From Acidimicrobiia bacterium (GTDB lineage Bacteria > Actinomycetota > Acidimicrobiia > Acidimicrobiales > CATQHL01), in assembly GCA_009835395.1 (NCBI GenBank), contig VXXM01000006.1:27632-91631 (forward strand): a stretch of 64,000 bases of DNA, given 5' to 3'. Positions 1 to 10,138 of the stretch are shown here, one piece after another; the stretch's first letter is position 1, and every line of letters starts with the position of its first letter. Below the pieces are notes generated by a model, which worked only from the letters and a program-made list of their open reading frames with translations, made no database searches and was not told the origin of the DNA. A program made the translations under genes and the position numbers.

Positions 1-1
1 G

Positions 2-403
2 TGGCGGGGACTGCGCTTCGGTTTCGTGGCCGGCCTGCTGTACGACCTCGTCGCCGGCACCCCGCTCGGGCTGGCCGCCTTCGCGTACGCCGTGGTTGCC
101 GCGGCCGCCGGGCTGCTGGCGGGCTACACCGTGCGGATGTGGTGGTTGGTGCCCCCGTTCGTGGCTCTGGGGTTGTCCGTCTATGTGTTCGCCGGTGAGG
201 TGGTCGGCCAGAGTCACCTGTTCGACGACCGCTTCATGGTGACGCTCGGGGTGGTCGAGATCTGGGCGGCCATCCTGGCGGCGCCGACACTGCGCCTCGT
301 GCGTTGGGCCTTCAACGAGGCGACCGATGTGCGAGCGGGTTCCCCGAGCGTGCGCGCCGGCCCGCCGAGCGTGCGCGCGCTGGACCGGAAGTCCGGGCTA
401 TGA
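2..403 (+). CDS. mreD: Rod shape-determining protein MreD (5' truncated by window edge)
   Basis: Open from base 2; hydrophobic multi-TM protein with GFVAGLLYDL...TPLG motif; stop overlaps mrdA ATG (ATGA 400-403). Confidence 0.8.
   Translation, partial: WRGLRFGFVAGLLYDLVAGTPLGLAAFAYAVVAAAAGLLAGYTVRMWWLVPPFVALGLSVYVFAGEVVGQSHLFDDRFMVTLGVVEIWAAILAAPTLRLVRWAFNEATDVRAGSPSVRAGPPSVRALDRKSGL
329..379 (+). repeat. 21-nt tandem repeat (~2.4 copies) encoding VRAG(S/P)PS in the MreD tail
   Basis: gtgcgagcgggttccccgagc / gtgcgcgccggcccgccgagc / gtgcgcgcg. Confidence 0.6.
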
Positions 404-2517
404 GCCTGGCGACGCCGCCCGGCGGGGGTCGGTCCTCCGGTGCGGGCGGCGGCCGGCAGCGCGAGCCTGCCGCCGGGCAACGGGGACGTTTCAGCCGTTA
501 CGACTCGCGCCGGCTGCGCCTCAGCATCCTCGGCGTGATCGGGCTGGCACTTCTGGTGACGCTCGTGGTTCGCCTGTGGTACCTGCAGGTCGTGACGTCG
601 GAGCAGTTCGTGGAGAGGGCCGTCGGCAACATCATCCGCACCGTGCCCGAGCCGGCGCCCCGCGGTCGCATCTTCGACGTGCACGGCCGGGAGCTGGTCG
701 GCAACCGCATCGTCAACGTCGTCACGATGGACGCTTTCATCCTTCGTGACCAGATCGGGACGGCGCAGCGCCAGCGTCTCGCCCTGGAGTTGGCGCGCCA
801 GCTCTCGCGTTCAGGGGTCCTGACCAAGTCCGTGGAGTTGGCCGAGGCGCTGGCCGACCCCGCCTACGGACCCTTCGACCGGATTCCCCTGGCGGTCGGC
901 GTGTCGGACGCCATCAAGGTGTTCCTGGCCGAGCGGAACGAGGAGTTTCCCGGCGTCGAGGTGGTGCGGCGAACCCAGCGGGTCTATCCCTACGGAGACC
1001 TGGCGGCGCACGTGCTCGGCTACATCGACACCATCACCGCCGAGGAGATCGAGGCGCGCAGCAACCATCCGAAGCGTTACAGCACGGTGGACGAGATCGG
1101 CAAGTCGGGTGTGGAACTGGCATTCGAGGACGTGCTGCGCGGCACCCCCGGATGGCGTGAGATCGAAGTCGACAACGTCGGCAACGTGATCCGCGAGCGC
1201 GGCTACCGGGCGCCACAGCCGGGAACCGACCTCGTGCTCACGATCGATGCTGATCTGCAACGGTTCGTCGAGGAGGAGTTGCTGCGCGGCCTGGAGGAGG
1301 CCCGTGCCCGCCAGAACGAGGATGTGGAGGACTCCTTCGAGACATTCGCCGCCCCGGCGGGCGCCGCGGTCGTGCTGGATCCCCGCAACGGCAACGTCCT
1401 GGCCATGGCCAGTTACCCGGACTACGACCCGCGGGTCTTCATCGGCGGCATCAGCGAGGAGGAGTTCGACGCCTTCGTGCATCCGGCGAGTCATGCGCCC
1501 CTGAACAACCGAGCCATCCAGGGCGTGTACTCGCCCGCCTCGACCATGAAACCCCTCACGTCCTACGCGGCGCTCTCCACGGGCCTGCTCGGACCGGACG
1601 GTTTCCTGGGCATCACCCAGACCACCGAAGACCCCGGCTATCACGTGCTGGATGACTGCATCGGCGAGTGCGAGTTCGAGAACCCCGACCGCGCGCCCAA
1701 CGGGGACGTGGACCTGCGCATGGCGATCACGGTGTCCAGCGACGTGTACTTCTACAAACTGGCTGAGCAGTTCTCGCTCCGGGCCGGCTACGACGAGGAT
1801 CAGATCCAGCAGACCGCGCGGGACTTCGGCTTCGGGAAGACCACCGGCATCGCCCTCCCGTTCGAGCACGCCGGAATCGTGCCGGACGCCGAGATCAAGC
1901 AAGCCCGCCACGATGCCAACCCGGAGGCGTTCCCCGACCCGGATTGGCGTACGGGCGACACGATCAACATCTCCATCGGCCAGGGAGACCTGGGTGTGAC
2001 CCCGCTGCAGCTGGCGAACTCCTTCACGCCGTTCGCCAACGGGGGCAGGATCTACCTGCCCAACATCGCCGTCGGCATGATCGACCCCGTGAGCGGCGAG
2101 ACGGTCAACCTGATCCGCCCGCGCCTCACCTCCCGCCTCTACCTGCCGCCGGACCTGCAGGCTCCGATCCTGGACGGCATGCGCGGCGCCACCACGCTGC
2201 GCACCAACGAACGCGTCGGCACCGCCCAGGGGGCCTTCAACGGCTTTCCCCACGACCAGTGGCCGGTGGCGGGCAAGACCGGCACCGCGGAGGTGCTGGG
2301 CAAGGCCGACTCGGCGGTGTTCGTGGGGTTCGGCCCTCTGCCCCAGCCGCGCTACCTGGTGGCGGTCCTGCTCGAGGAGGCCGGCTTCGGTGGCGAGGCC
2401 GCGGCTCCGGTGGTGCGCCGGATTCTCGAGGCGGTGGCCCTTGACCGGATTCCCGAGACGGCGGCGGAGATCACCCGCCAGGACTTGGCCGTGGTGCCTT
2501 CGGCGGAGCCGTCGTGA
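400..2517 (+). CDS. mrdA: Penicillin-binding protein 2 (class B transpeptidase)
   Basis: N-terminal TM, PAPRGRIFD dimerisation domain, SxxK (STMK), SxD (SSD), KTG motifs; lies between mreD and rodA. Confidence 0.93.
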   Translation: MSLATPPGGGRSSGAGGGRQREPAAGQRGRFSRYDSRRLRLSILGVIGLALLVTLVVRLWYLQVVTSEQFVERAVGNIIRTVPEPAPRGRIFDVHGRELVGNRIVNVVTMDAFILRDQIGTAQRQRLALELARQLSRSGVLTKSVELAEALADPAYGPFDRIPLAVGVSDAIKVFLAERNEEFPGVEVVRRTQRVYPYGDLAAHVLGYIDTITAEEIEARSNHPKRYSTVDEIGKSGVELAFEDVLRGTPGWREIEVDNVGNVIRERGYRAPQPGTDLVLTIDADLQRFVEEELLRGLEEARARQNEDVEDSFETFAAPAGAAVVLDPRNGNVLAMASYPDYDPRVFIGGISEEEFDAFVHPASHAPLNNRAIQGVYSPASTMKPLTSYAALSTGLLGPDGFLGITQTTEDPGYHVLDDCIGECEFENPDRAPNGDVDLRMAITVSSDVYFYKLAEQFSLRAGYDEDQIQQTARDFGFGKTTGIALPFEHAGIVPDAEIKQARHDANPEAFPDPDWRTGDTINISIGQGDLGVTPLQLANSFTPFANGGRIYLPNIAVGMIDPVSGETVNLIRPRLTSRLYLPPDLQAPILDGMRGATTLRTNERVGTAQGAFNGFPHDQWPVAGKTGTAEVLGKADSAVFVGFGPLPQPRYLVAVLLEEAGFGGEAAAPVVRRILEAVALDRIPETAAEITRQDLAVVPSAEPS

Positions 2518-3674
2518 GCGCGCCGGGCGGGGCGCACCCCAGGCGACGCCTGCTGCCGCGGGTGCCCCCGCTGGCCGCCTGGTTGCACGCCGACGTGCTC
2601 CTGGTGGTGGCCGCGGCGGCGCTGACCCTGTTCGGGATCGCCATGATCTACAGCGCCACCCGTGGCATCGATCCGGCCGCCTACAGCGACTTCTACCTCC
2701 GGCGGCAGTCGCTGTTCGCCGTCGTCGGGGCCTTCCTGGGCGCGGTTGCGGCCGGCGTGGACTACCGGCGGTTCCGCTCGCTGGCCTGGCCCCTCTACGG
2801 CGCCACCCTGCTGGTGCTGATTCTGGTGCTGACGCCGCTGGGTTCGGTACGCCAGGGAGCCAGAGCCTGGTTCGTGTTCGGGGGCTACCAGGTGCAGCCC
2901 TCGGAGTTCGCCAAGCTGGCCATGATCGTCGTACTGGCCCACTACGCGGCGCGGTTCGGGGGGCGCATGACGCTGGTCCAGCTGCTCGGCGCGCTCGTGT
3001 TGGTGGCCGTGCCGATGATGCTGGTGCTGCTGGAGCCCGACGCCGGCACCGCGGTCGTATTCGCGGTCATCGCGATGGGACTGCTGCTGGTGGCTGGGGC
3101 GCAGGCGCGCCACATCGTGGTGGCGACGGCCCTGGGCCTCGTCGGGCTGGGGCTGGTGCTGAACTCGGGCCTCGTCGAGGAGTACCAGCGGCAGCGGATC
3201 GAGTCGATCGTGAACCCGGGCGGCAACCCCGGCGACACCTTCAACATCGAGCAGGCGCAGATCGCCATCGGCAACGGCGGTCTGACCGGCCACGGTTACG
3301 GGCAGGGCACGCAGACCCGTAGCGGACTGGTGCCCGCGCAGGAGACCGACTTCATCTTCACCGTCGTGGGTGAGGAGCTGGGCTTCCTGGGAAGCATCGT
3401 GGCTCTGAGCCTGCTGGCGGTGCTGCTCTGGCGGATCTGGCGCGCCGCCAGGGTTGCAGGCGACCTGTTCGGCTCGTTGCTGGCGACCGGGGTGCTGTGC
3501 ATGGTGCTTTTCCAGGTGTTCCAGACCGTGGGCATGGCTGCAGGCATCATGCCGGTGATCGGGATTCCCTTGCCGCTGCTGTCCTACGGGGGGTCATCGC
3601 TCCTGACCACGATGATGGCGTTGGGCCTGGTGCTCAACGTCTCGATGCGCCGCCACGTGGTGCGCGCCAGTTGA
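2514..3674 (+). CDS. rodA: Rod shape-determining protein RodA (SEDS family)
   Basis: QPSEFAK, PDAGT, TDFIF and LPLLSYGGSS SEDS motifs; follows PBP2. Confidence 0.93.
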   Translation: MSAPGGAHPRRRLLPRVPPLAAWLHADVLLVVAAAALTLFGIAMIYSATRGIDPAAYSDFYLRRQSLFAVVGAFLGAVAAGVDYRRFRSLAWPLYGATLLVLILVLTPLGSVRQGARAWFVFGGYQVQPSEFAKLAMIVVLAHYAARFGGRMTLVQLLGALVLVAVPMMLVLLEPDAGTAVVFAVIAMGLLLVAGAQARHIVVATALGLVGLGLVLNSGLVEEYQRQRIESIVNPGGNPGDTFNIEQAQIAIGNGGLTGHGYGQGTQTRSGLVPAQETDFIFTVVGEELGFLGSIVALSLLAVLLWRIWRAARVAGDLFGSLLATGVLCMVLFQVFQTVGMAAGIMPVIGIPLPLLSYGGSSLLTTMMALGLVLNVSMRRHVVRAS

Positions 3675-3717
3675 CCGGTGACCGCCGCCCAGGGGCCGGA
3701 CCGGTAGCCTGAACGTC

Positions 3718-5673
3718 GTGCGTTCGCTCTGGCCCGACTTGGAGCCTCTCCTGGATCAGGTTCAGCGTCCGGCGCGCTACATCGGCGGCGAGGAGGGCGC
3801 GGTCGCGGCAGCTCATGGACCCGGGAAGGTGGCCTGGCTGCTTTGCTACCCCGACAGCTACGAGGTCGGCCTGCCCAACCAGGGGCTGCAGATCCTCTAC
3901 GAGATCCTCAACGAGCGCGGCGACGCAACCGCCGAGCGGGCCTACGCCCCCTGGGGCGACCTCGAGGCCCTGATGCGCCGGCAGGGGCTTCCGCTCTTCT
4001 CGGTGGACACCCACCTGGCTGCCGGCGAGTTCGACATCCTGGCCTTCAACCTCTCCTCCGAACTGGTCTACACGAACGTGCTGAACCTCATCGATCTGGC
4101 CGGCGTGGCCGTGCGCAGCGCCGACCGCTCCGGCGACGACCTGCTGGTCGGCGCGGGTGGGCACTGCGCGTTCAACCCCGAGCCGCTGGCCGACTTCGTG
4201 GACTTCTTCGTGCTCGGAGACGGCGAGGAGGTGGTGGGGGAGATCACCGAGGCCGTCGTCGCCCATCGCGCCGGAGGGCGCCGGGAGGTACTCGGAGCTC
4301 TCGCGGGAGTCGACGGTGTCTATGTGCCGGCCGCCTACCGGGTGAGCTATTGCGGATCCTCGACAGTGGTGACGCCTCGCTGGGTGGAGGCGCCGGACGT
4401 CGTGGAGAAGCGGACGATCCCCTCGCTCGGCGACTGGCCGTACCCGAAGCGGCAGTTGGTCCCACTCACCGAGGTGGTGCACGACCGGCTCAACGTGGAG
4501 GTGTTCCGGGGCTGCACGCGCGGTTGCCGGTTCTGCCAGGCCGGCATGATCACTCGTCCCGTGCGCGAGCGCCCAGCGGAGCAGGTGCGCACCATGGTCT
4601 CCGAGGGCTTGCGGCGCACGGGCTACGACGAAGTTGCGCTCACTTCGTTGTCGACCGCCGACTTCAGCGGCATCGAGCAACTCGTGGCCGACGTCGTGGG
4701 GCCCGAGGACGGCGCCGGTGGGGCCGGCTGCCCCGCGGTGACGGTGTCGTTGCCGAGCCTTCGGGTCGACGCCTTCACGGTCGGCATCGCCGCGGAGTTG
4801 CAGCGAGCACGCCGCACGGGGCTGACCTTCGCTCCGGAGGCCGGATCGTGGCGGCTGCGTCAGGTGATCAACAAGCTGATCAGCGCCGAAGACCTCGATG
4901 CCGCGGTCGAGGGCGCCTTCTCGCAGGGCTGGCGCAGGGTGAAGCTCTACTTCCTCGTGGGGCTCCCGACAGAGACCGATGAGGACGTGTTGGGGATCGC
5001 CGCCCTGGCGCGCCGCTGCGTGGAGTTGGGACGCCGCCACGTCCGGGGAGCCTCGGTGACGGTCTCGGTCGGGGGTTTCGTCCCCAAGCCGCAGACGCCG
5101 TTCCAGTGGTTCGGCCAGAACACCGTCGAGGAGTTGCGCCGCAAGATCGCCCTCCTGGCCGACGACCTGCGTGCCGACCGCAGCGTCAGGCTGAAGTGGC
5201 ACGATCCCGAGGCGACGCTGGTGGAAGGGCTGGCCAGCCGGGGCGACCGGCGGCTCGGGGCGGTCATCGAGGACGTCTGGCGTTCGGGCGGCACCTTCCA
5301 GGAATGGTCCGAACACTTCGACTACCGGTTGTGGCTCGACGCCATGGAGCGCCACGGCCTGTCGGTCGAGGACTGTGCCTACCGGCATCGCAGCGACAGC
5401 GAGGCGCTTCCCTGGGATCATCTCTCGGCAGGTCTGCACAAGGACTTCCTATGGCAGGACTGGCAGGACGCACTGGCGGAGTCCGGCCTGGAGGACTGCC
5501 GCTGGACGCCCTGCTACGACTGCGGGGCGTGCACCGGCTACGGCATCGAGCACGTCGTGGCCTCGGCGACGCCTCCTGCGGGCGGGAGCCAGGGCACCGG
5601 TCAGGATCTGCTGCGGCCGGGGCCCGTGCCCGTGCGGCTGCTGGAGACCCGCCAGCCGGCAGGTGTGTCGTGA
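3718..5673 (+). CDS. TIGR03960-family B12-binding radical SAM protein
   Basis: CxxxCxxC (GCTRGCRFC), YPDSYEVGLPNQG, C-terminal CxxxxCxxCGxC; paired with the TIGR03936 gene. Confidence 0.88.
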   Translation: MRSLWPDLEPLLDQVQRPARYIGGEEGAVAAAHGPGKVAWLLCYPDSYEVGLPNQGLQILYEILNERGDATAERAYAPWGDLEALMRRQGLPLFSVDTHLAAGEFDILAFNLSSELVYTNVLNLIDLAGVAVRSADRSGDDLLVGAGGHCAFNPEPLADFVDFFVLGDGEEVVGEITEAVVAHRAGGRREVLGALAGVDGVYVPAAYRVSYCGSSTVVTPRWVEAPDVVEKRTIPSLGDWPYPKRQLVPLTEVVHDRLNVEVFRGCTRGCRFCQAGMITRPVRERPAEQVRTMVSEGLRRTGYDEVALTSLSTADFSGIEQLVADVVGPEDGAGGAGCPAVTVSLPSLRVDAFTVGIAAELQRARRTGLTFAPEAGSWRLRQVINKLISAEDLDAAVEGAFSQGWRRVKLYFLVGLPTETDEDVLGIAALARRCVELGRRHVRGASVTVSVGGFVPKPQTPFQWFGQNTVEELRRKIALLADDLRADRSVRLKWHDPEATLVEGLASRGDRRLGAVIEDVWRSGGTFQEWSEHFDYRLWLDAMERHGLSVEDCAYRHRSDSEALPWDHLSAGLHKDFLWQDWQDALAESGLEDCRWTPCYDCGACTGYGIEHVVASATPPAGGSQGTGQDLLRPGPVPVRLLETRQPAGVS

Positions 5674-6434
5674 GGGTGCGCCTGCGCTGGTCTAAGCAGG
5701 GCAAGATCCGCTTCTGCGGGCATCGCGACGCGGCCCGGATCTGGGAACGCGCCGTGCGACGGGCGGGACTGCCCGTGGCCTACTCGCAGGGGTTCAGCCC
5801 GAGGCCGAGGATCTCTTTCGGGTTGGCCCTCGCAACCGGGCAGGAATCGGTCGCCGAATACCTCGATGTGGATCTGCGCGCGTCCGGCGAGGAGCTCTAC
5901 GACTGGGCCGCCGGTATGCCCGAGCGGCTCAGTGCCGTGCTTCCCGACGGCATGACCGTGCACGACGCCTGCCCGCTGCGCCCCGGCGCGGTGTCGCTGC
6001 AGGAGGCGGTCACGAGTTGCACCTGGGAGTTCGCGCTGACCAAGACCGACACCGCGCTCGCCGCCGCCTGGGTCGAACAGGTCCGGTCGGCGGACAGCCT
6101 TCCCCTGCAACGTGAGCGCAAGGGACGGACCACCACCTCCGACGTGCGCAGTGCCGTCGGGGATCTGCACATTCTGGACGCCTCGGACCGAAGCGTCCTC
6201 GTTGCCGAACTCGGCACGAAACCCCGGGCGGTGCGGCCCGCAGAATTCCTGCACCTCATCGCCCCCCCGCTGGCCGCCGGATGCGTCCGGCGGTTGCACC
6301 AATGGATTACGCGGGACGGCGAGCGGTACGAGCCGCTTGCTCCCGAAGCCGGCGCGCTGGCGCCGGGCGGCGACGTACTCGCCGCGGCCTCGATCGACGC
6401 CGTTCCCGCTGCGCAGCAAGAGGTCTGCGCGTGA
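5670..6434 (+). CDS. TIGR03936-family radical SAM-associated protein (DUF2344)
   Basis: GTG at 5670 overlaps upstream stop; RFCGHRD...LPVAYSQGFSPRPRISFG motif. Confidence 0.85.
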   Translation: MRVRLRWSKQGKIRFCGHRDAARIWERAVRRAGLPVAYSQGFSPRPRISFGLALATGQESVAEYLDVDLRASGEELYDWAAGMPERLSAVLPDGMTVHDACPLRPGAVSLQEAVTSCTWEFALTKTDTALAAAWVEQVRSADSLPLQRERKGRTTTSDVRSAVGDLHILDASDRSVLVAELGTKPRAVRPAEFLHLIAPPLAAGCVRRLHQWITRDGERYEPLAPEAGALAPGGDVLAAASIDAVPAAQQEVCA

Positions 6435-6452
6435 TGAGAAGGGAACTACACC

Positions 6453-8207
6453 ATGTCCTCGTCCTCTCAAACGGACGCCGAATCCGCCAAGGGCGGCGCT
6501 GATTCGAAGAGCCGCAGCAAGTCTGCCGACCAGGAGAACGGCCAGGTAGCCGGCTCCGACGCCGGCGGCGGCCGAACCCGAGGCGGGGCGACCGGCTCCG
6601 CTTCCACCGAGCACCGCAAGCCCCGCATCGGCGACAGCCGGCCCGCCCCCGCGCCGTCCGGGGGATCCGCGCCGTCCAAGGGATCCGCGCCGTCCAAGGG
6701 ATCCGCGCCGTCCAGGGGATCGGCGCCGTCCGGCGGCGGTGGCAACAGGGGCGGGTCACGGTCCGGCGGCCGGCGCCGGCGGCGTGGCGGCCGCGGGTCG
6801 GGGTCGCGCGGCGGCCAGCAGCACAAGCCGGTCGAAGCGCTGACCGGCGGTGATCCGGTCGAGTTGGATGCCGAGACGCTCGCCCGCCGGCGGGGCCGCG
6901 CCCGCAAGGGCCGCCCGGTGGGGCGCTATCTCATGGCCATCCACGTCACCGCCGACGCCACCCACGTGGCCGTCTTGGAGGGGCGGGCGCTCGTGGAGTA
7001 CTACGTCTCCCGGCCGGCCAACGACACCACCGAGATCTACGGCAACATCTATCTCGGCCGCGTCCAGAACGTGCTGCCGGGCATGGAGGCGGCGTTCGTG
7101 GACATCGGCACGCCCAAGAACGCCATCATGTACCGGGGCGACGTGCAGTTCGACGCCGAGGATCTCGAGCGCTCCAGCCGGCCGCAGATCAGCCAGGCGC
7201 TGAAGGTGGGTCAGCGGGTCCTCTGCCAGGTCACCAAGAACCCCATCGCCCACAAGGGCGCCCGGCTGACCCAGCAGGTCTCCCTGGCGGGCCGCTACGT
7301 GGTGCTGGTGCCCAACAGCGATGCGTACGGCATCTCCAAGCGGCTCCCGGACAAGGAGCGCCGCCGGCTGCGCCGCATCCTGGACGGCGTCAAGCCGGCC
7401 GAGCACGGCGTGATCGTCCGGACCGCCGCCGAGGGCGTCACTCCCGAGGAGATCCGCCAGGACGTCACGCGGCTCGTGTCGCAGTGGGACCAGATCGACA
7501 CGCTCGCCAGTCGCTCCAAGGCGCCGGCGCTGCTGTACCGCGAACCCGACGTGGCGCTGCGGGTCATCCGCGAGGAGTTCACGACCGACTACCGCAGCGT
7601 CATGATCGACGATTCCGATCTCTACGGATCGGTGTCCAACTACGTCGAGAGCGTCGCCCCCGCGCTGGCCGAGCGCGTCTCGTTCTACGACCCCGCGACA
7701 GAGAACCTGGAACTGTTCGAGCGCTACCACGTCTACGGCCAGCTCCGCAAGGCCGTGGACCGAACCGTGTGGCTGCCGTCGGGCGGCTCGCTGGTGATCG
7801 AGCACACCGAGGCGATGACCGTGATCGACGTCAACACGGGCCGCAACGTGGGCTCGACGAGCCTCGAGCAGACCATCCTCGAGAACAACCTCGAGGCGGC
7901 GGCGGAGATCCCGCGCCAGCTGCGCCTGCGCGACATCGGCGGGATCATCGTGGTCGACTTCGTGGACATGGAGAGCAAGGCCAACCGCCAGAAGGTCATG
8001 AGCGCCCTGCGCGACGCGCTGGCCCAGAGCAAGACGCACACCCGGGTGAGTGACATCTCCAACCTGGGGCTCGTGGAAATGAGCCGCAAGCGGATCGGCG
8101 AGGGGCTGCTGGAGTCCCTCTCCCGGGCCTGCGAGGACTGCGACGGCTGGGGGATCCGGCTCGACGAGACGCTGTTGGGCCGCTCCGACGGCAGCGATAG
8201 CGTGTAG
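6453..8207 (+). CDS. rne: Ribonuclease E/G family protein with disordered N-terminus
   Basis: S1 domain ([16 protein letters not shown]), [21 protein letters not shown], Zn-link CEDC; upstream of rplU-rpmA. Confidence 0.92.
   Translation: MSSSSQTDAESAKGGADSKSRSKSADQENGQVAGSDAGGGRTRGGATGSASTEHRKPRIGDSRPAPAPSGGSAPSKGSAPSKGSAPSRGSAPSGGGGNRGGSRSGGRRRRRGGRGSGSRGGQQHKPVEALTGGDPVELDAETLARRRGRARKGRPVGRYLMAIHVTADATHVAVLEGRALVEYYVSRPANDTTEIYGNIYLGRVQNVLPGMEAAFVDIGTPKNAIMYRGDVQFDAEDLERSSRPQISQALKVGQRVLCQVTKNPIAHKGARLTQQVSLAGRYVVLVPNSDAYGISKRLPDKERRRLRRILDGVKPAEHGVIVRTAAEGVTPEEIRQDVTRLVSQWDQIDTLASRSKAPALLYREPDVALRVIREEFTTDYRSVMIDDSDLYGSVSNYVESVAPALAERVSFYDPATENLELFERYHVYGQLRKAVDRTVWLPSGGSLVIEHTEAMTVIDVNTGRNVGSTSLEQTILENNLEAAAEIPRQLRLRDIGGIIVVDFVDMESKANRQKVMSALRDALAQSKTHTRVSDISNLGLVEMSRKRIGEGLLESLSRACEDCDGWGIRLDETLLGRSDGSDSV
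6650..6733 (+). repeat. 18-nt VNTR (~4.7 copies) encoding GSAPS(K/R/G)
   Basis: gggatccgcgccgtccaa at 6662 and 6680, variants at 6698 and 6716, partial copy before. Confidence 0.9.
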
Positions 8208-8212
8208 GGGCT

Positions 8213-8521
8213 ATGTACGCAGTCGTGGCAACCGGCGGGAAGCAGTACCGCGTGAGCGAGGGCGAGTTGATCACCACCGAGTTGCTCGGACCCGCCGGCG
8301 CCGAGGTCGACCTGCGCCCGGTGCTCTACGTGGACGGCGAGGTGGTGCTCGCCACGCCCACCGAGCTGGCGGCGGTGGCGGTGAAGGGCCGGATTCTCGA
8401 GGAGACCAAGGGTCCCAAGATCACGGGCTTCACCTACAAGTCGAAGAGCAACCAGCGGCGGCGCTGGGGCCATCGCCAGCGGCACTCGCTGGTGGAGATA
8501 ACCGAGATCGGGATGGCATAG
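8213..8521 (+). CDS. rplU: 50S ribosomal protein L21
   Basis: [14 protein letters not shown]...GHRQ. Confidence 0.97.
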   Translation: MYAVVATGGKQYRVSEGELITTELLGPAGAEVDLRPVLYVDGEVVLATPTELAAVAVKGRILEETKGPKITGFTYKSKSNQRRRWGHRQRHSLVEITEIGMA

Positions 8522-8523
8522 GC

Positions 8524-8775
8524 ATGTCCAAGACCAAGGGCGGGGGCTCGACCCGCAACGGCAGAGATTCGCAGGCCAAGCGCCTCGGCGTGAAGGTCTA
8601 TGACGGAACCTGGGTCACGGCGGGCTCCATCATCGTGCGCCAGCGAGGCACCAAGTTCCATCCGGGCCACAACGTGGGCCGCGGCGGCGACGACACCCTG
8701 TTCGCCACCGCGGACGGCCGCGTGTCGTTCGGCTCCCGCGGCCGGCGCCGGTTGGTCGACGTCCTCACCGACTGA
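8524..8775 (+). CDS. rpmA: 50S ribosomal protein L27
   Basis: [20 protein letters not shown]. Confidence 0.97.
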   Translation: MSKTKGGGSTRNGRDSQAKRLGVKVYDGTWVTAGSIIVRQRGTKFHPGHNVGRGGDDTLFATADGRVSFGSRGRRRLVDVLTD

Positions 8776-8830
8776 CGGCAGGCGGCTTTCCGGGCGCCCC
8801 TCGGCGGGGGGCGGCCCGTATTCTTGGACC

Positions 8831-10138
8831 GTGTCGGAGTTCGTCGACGAGTGCGCGCTCTGCGTGCGCGGTGGTGACGGCGGTGCCGGCTGCGTGTCCT
8901 TCCGGCGGGAGGCGCACGTCGACCGGGGCGGTCCCGACGGGGGTGACGGCGGCCGCGGCGGCGATGTCTGGTTCGAGGCCGACCGCAATGTGGCGTCGCT
9001 GCTGGCGTTCCGCGATCATCCGCACCGCCGGGCCTCCTCCGGGGGCCACGGATCGGGGAGCCGGCGACACGGAGCCTCCGGCGCCGACCTGCTGGTGAAG
9101 GTGCCCGAGGGCACTGTCGTGCTCTCCGCCGACGGTGAGCGCCTCGCAGATCTGACGAGCCACGGTCAGCGATGGCTGGCCGCGCCGGGGGGCGCCGGCG
9201 GGCGGGGCAATGCCCGCTTCCTCAGCAACCGCCGCCGAGCGCCGCGTTTCGCCGAGCAGGGCGAGCAGCCCACCGAACGCTGGTTGCGGCTCGAGTTGAA
9301 GTTGCTCGCCGACGTGGCGCTGGTGGGGCTCCCGAACGTGGGTAAGAGCACGCTGATCTCGCGCCTCTCCGCCGCCCGTCCCAAGATCGCCGACTATCCC
9401 TTCACGACGCTCGTGCCCAACCTCGGTGTGGTCGTGACCGACGACGGGGAGGAGTTCGTCGTTGCCGACGTGCCCGGGCTCATCGAGGGCGCCAGCGAGG
9501 GGCGGGGGCTGGGCCACCGCTTCCTGCGCCACATTGAGCGCGCCCGCGCCCTGGTGCTGCTGGTCGACCTCGGGCCGGGTGCCGAGGCCGCTCCCGATGC
9601 CCAGCTGCGCATCCTGCTGGCCGAACTCGGCGCCTACCGGCCCGATCTTCTGCAGCGCCGGCGCCTGGTGGTCGGATCGAAGGCCGACGTGGCCACCGGG
9701 AGACTGCCGGAGGCCGACCTGGTCGTCTCCGCCGTGACCGGCGCCGGTGTGGTCGAGTTGACCGGTCGGCTGGCGACCCTCGTGCGCCAGGCCCGCCAGG
9801 ACGAGCCGCAGCCCGAAGCCGACGTGGCACCGGTGGTGCACCGACCTGTCGCCGACCGCGCCGCCGATGCCGTCAGTGTCCGGCGCGAGGGCGACGCCTG
9901 GCGCGTCTTGGGGCGTCCGGCGGCTCGGGCGGTGGCGCTCTCGGACCTCACCGACCCGCAGGCCCAGGATTACGTGGCGCAACGACTGCGAGCGCTCGGT
10001 GTGGACCGGGAACTCGCCCGTGCCGGGGCGCGACTCGGCGACGAGGTGCGCATCGGGAACATGGCCTTCGAGTACGAGCCCGACGAGGCGGTCGCCGCGA
10101 CGGCGAATGCGACGCACCCCGGGCGCAGCAGCCGATGA
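8831..10138 (+). CDS. obgE: GTPase ObgE/CgtA
   Basis: FVDE start, Gly-rich Obg domain, [18 protein letters not shown]; GTG 8831 chosen from homology and upstream TATTCT. Confidence 0.95.
   Translation: MSEFVDECALCVRGGDGGAGCVSFRREAHVDRGGPDGGDGGRGGDVWFEADRNVASLLAFRDHPHRRASSGGHGSGSRRHGASGADLLVKVPEGTVVLSADGERLADLTSHGQRWLAAPGGAGGRGNARFLSNRRRAPRFAEQGEQPTERWLRLELKLLADVALVGLPNVGKSTLISRLSAARPKIADYPFTTLVPNLGVVVTDDGEEFVVADVPGLIEGASEGRGLGHRFLRHIERARALVLLVDLGPGAEAAPDAQLRILLAELGAYRPDLLQRRRLVVGSKADVATGRLPEADLVVSAVTGAGVVELTGRLATLVRQARQDEPQPEADVAPVVHRPVADRAADAVSVRREGDAWRVLGRPAARAVALSDLTDPQAQDYVAQRLRALGVDRELARAGARLGDEVRIGNMAFEYEPDEAVAATANATHPGRSSR

Noticed and set aside
6650-6733. Short repeats as a CRISPR array (also 36565-36690 and 41767-42089)
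   Set aside because: Contiguous in-frame coding repeats without spacers; no cas genes
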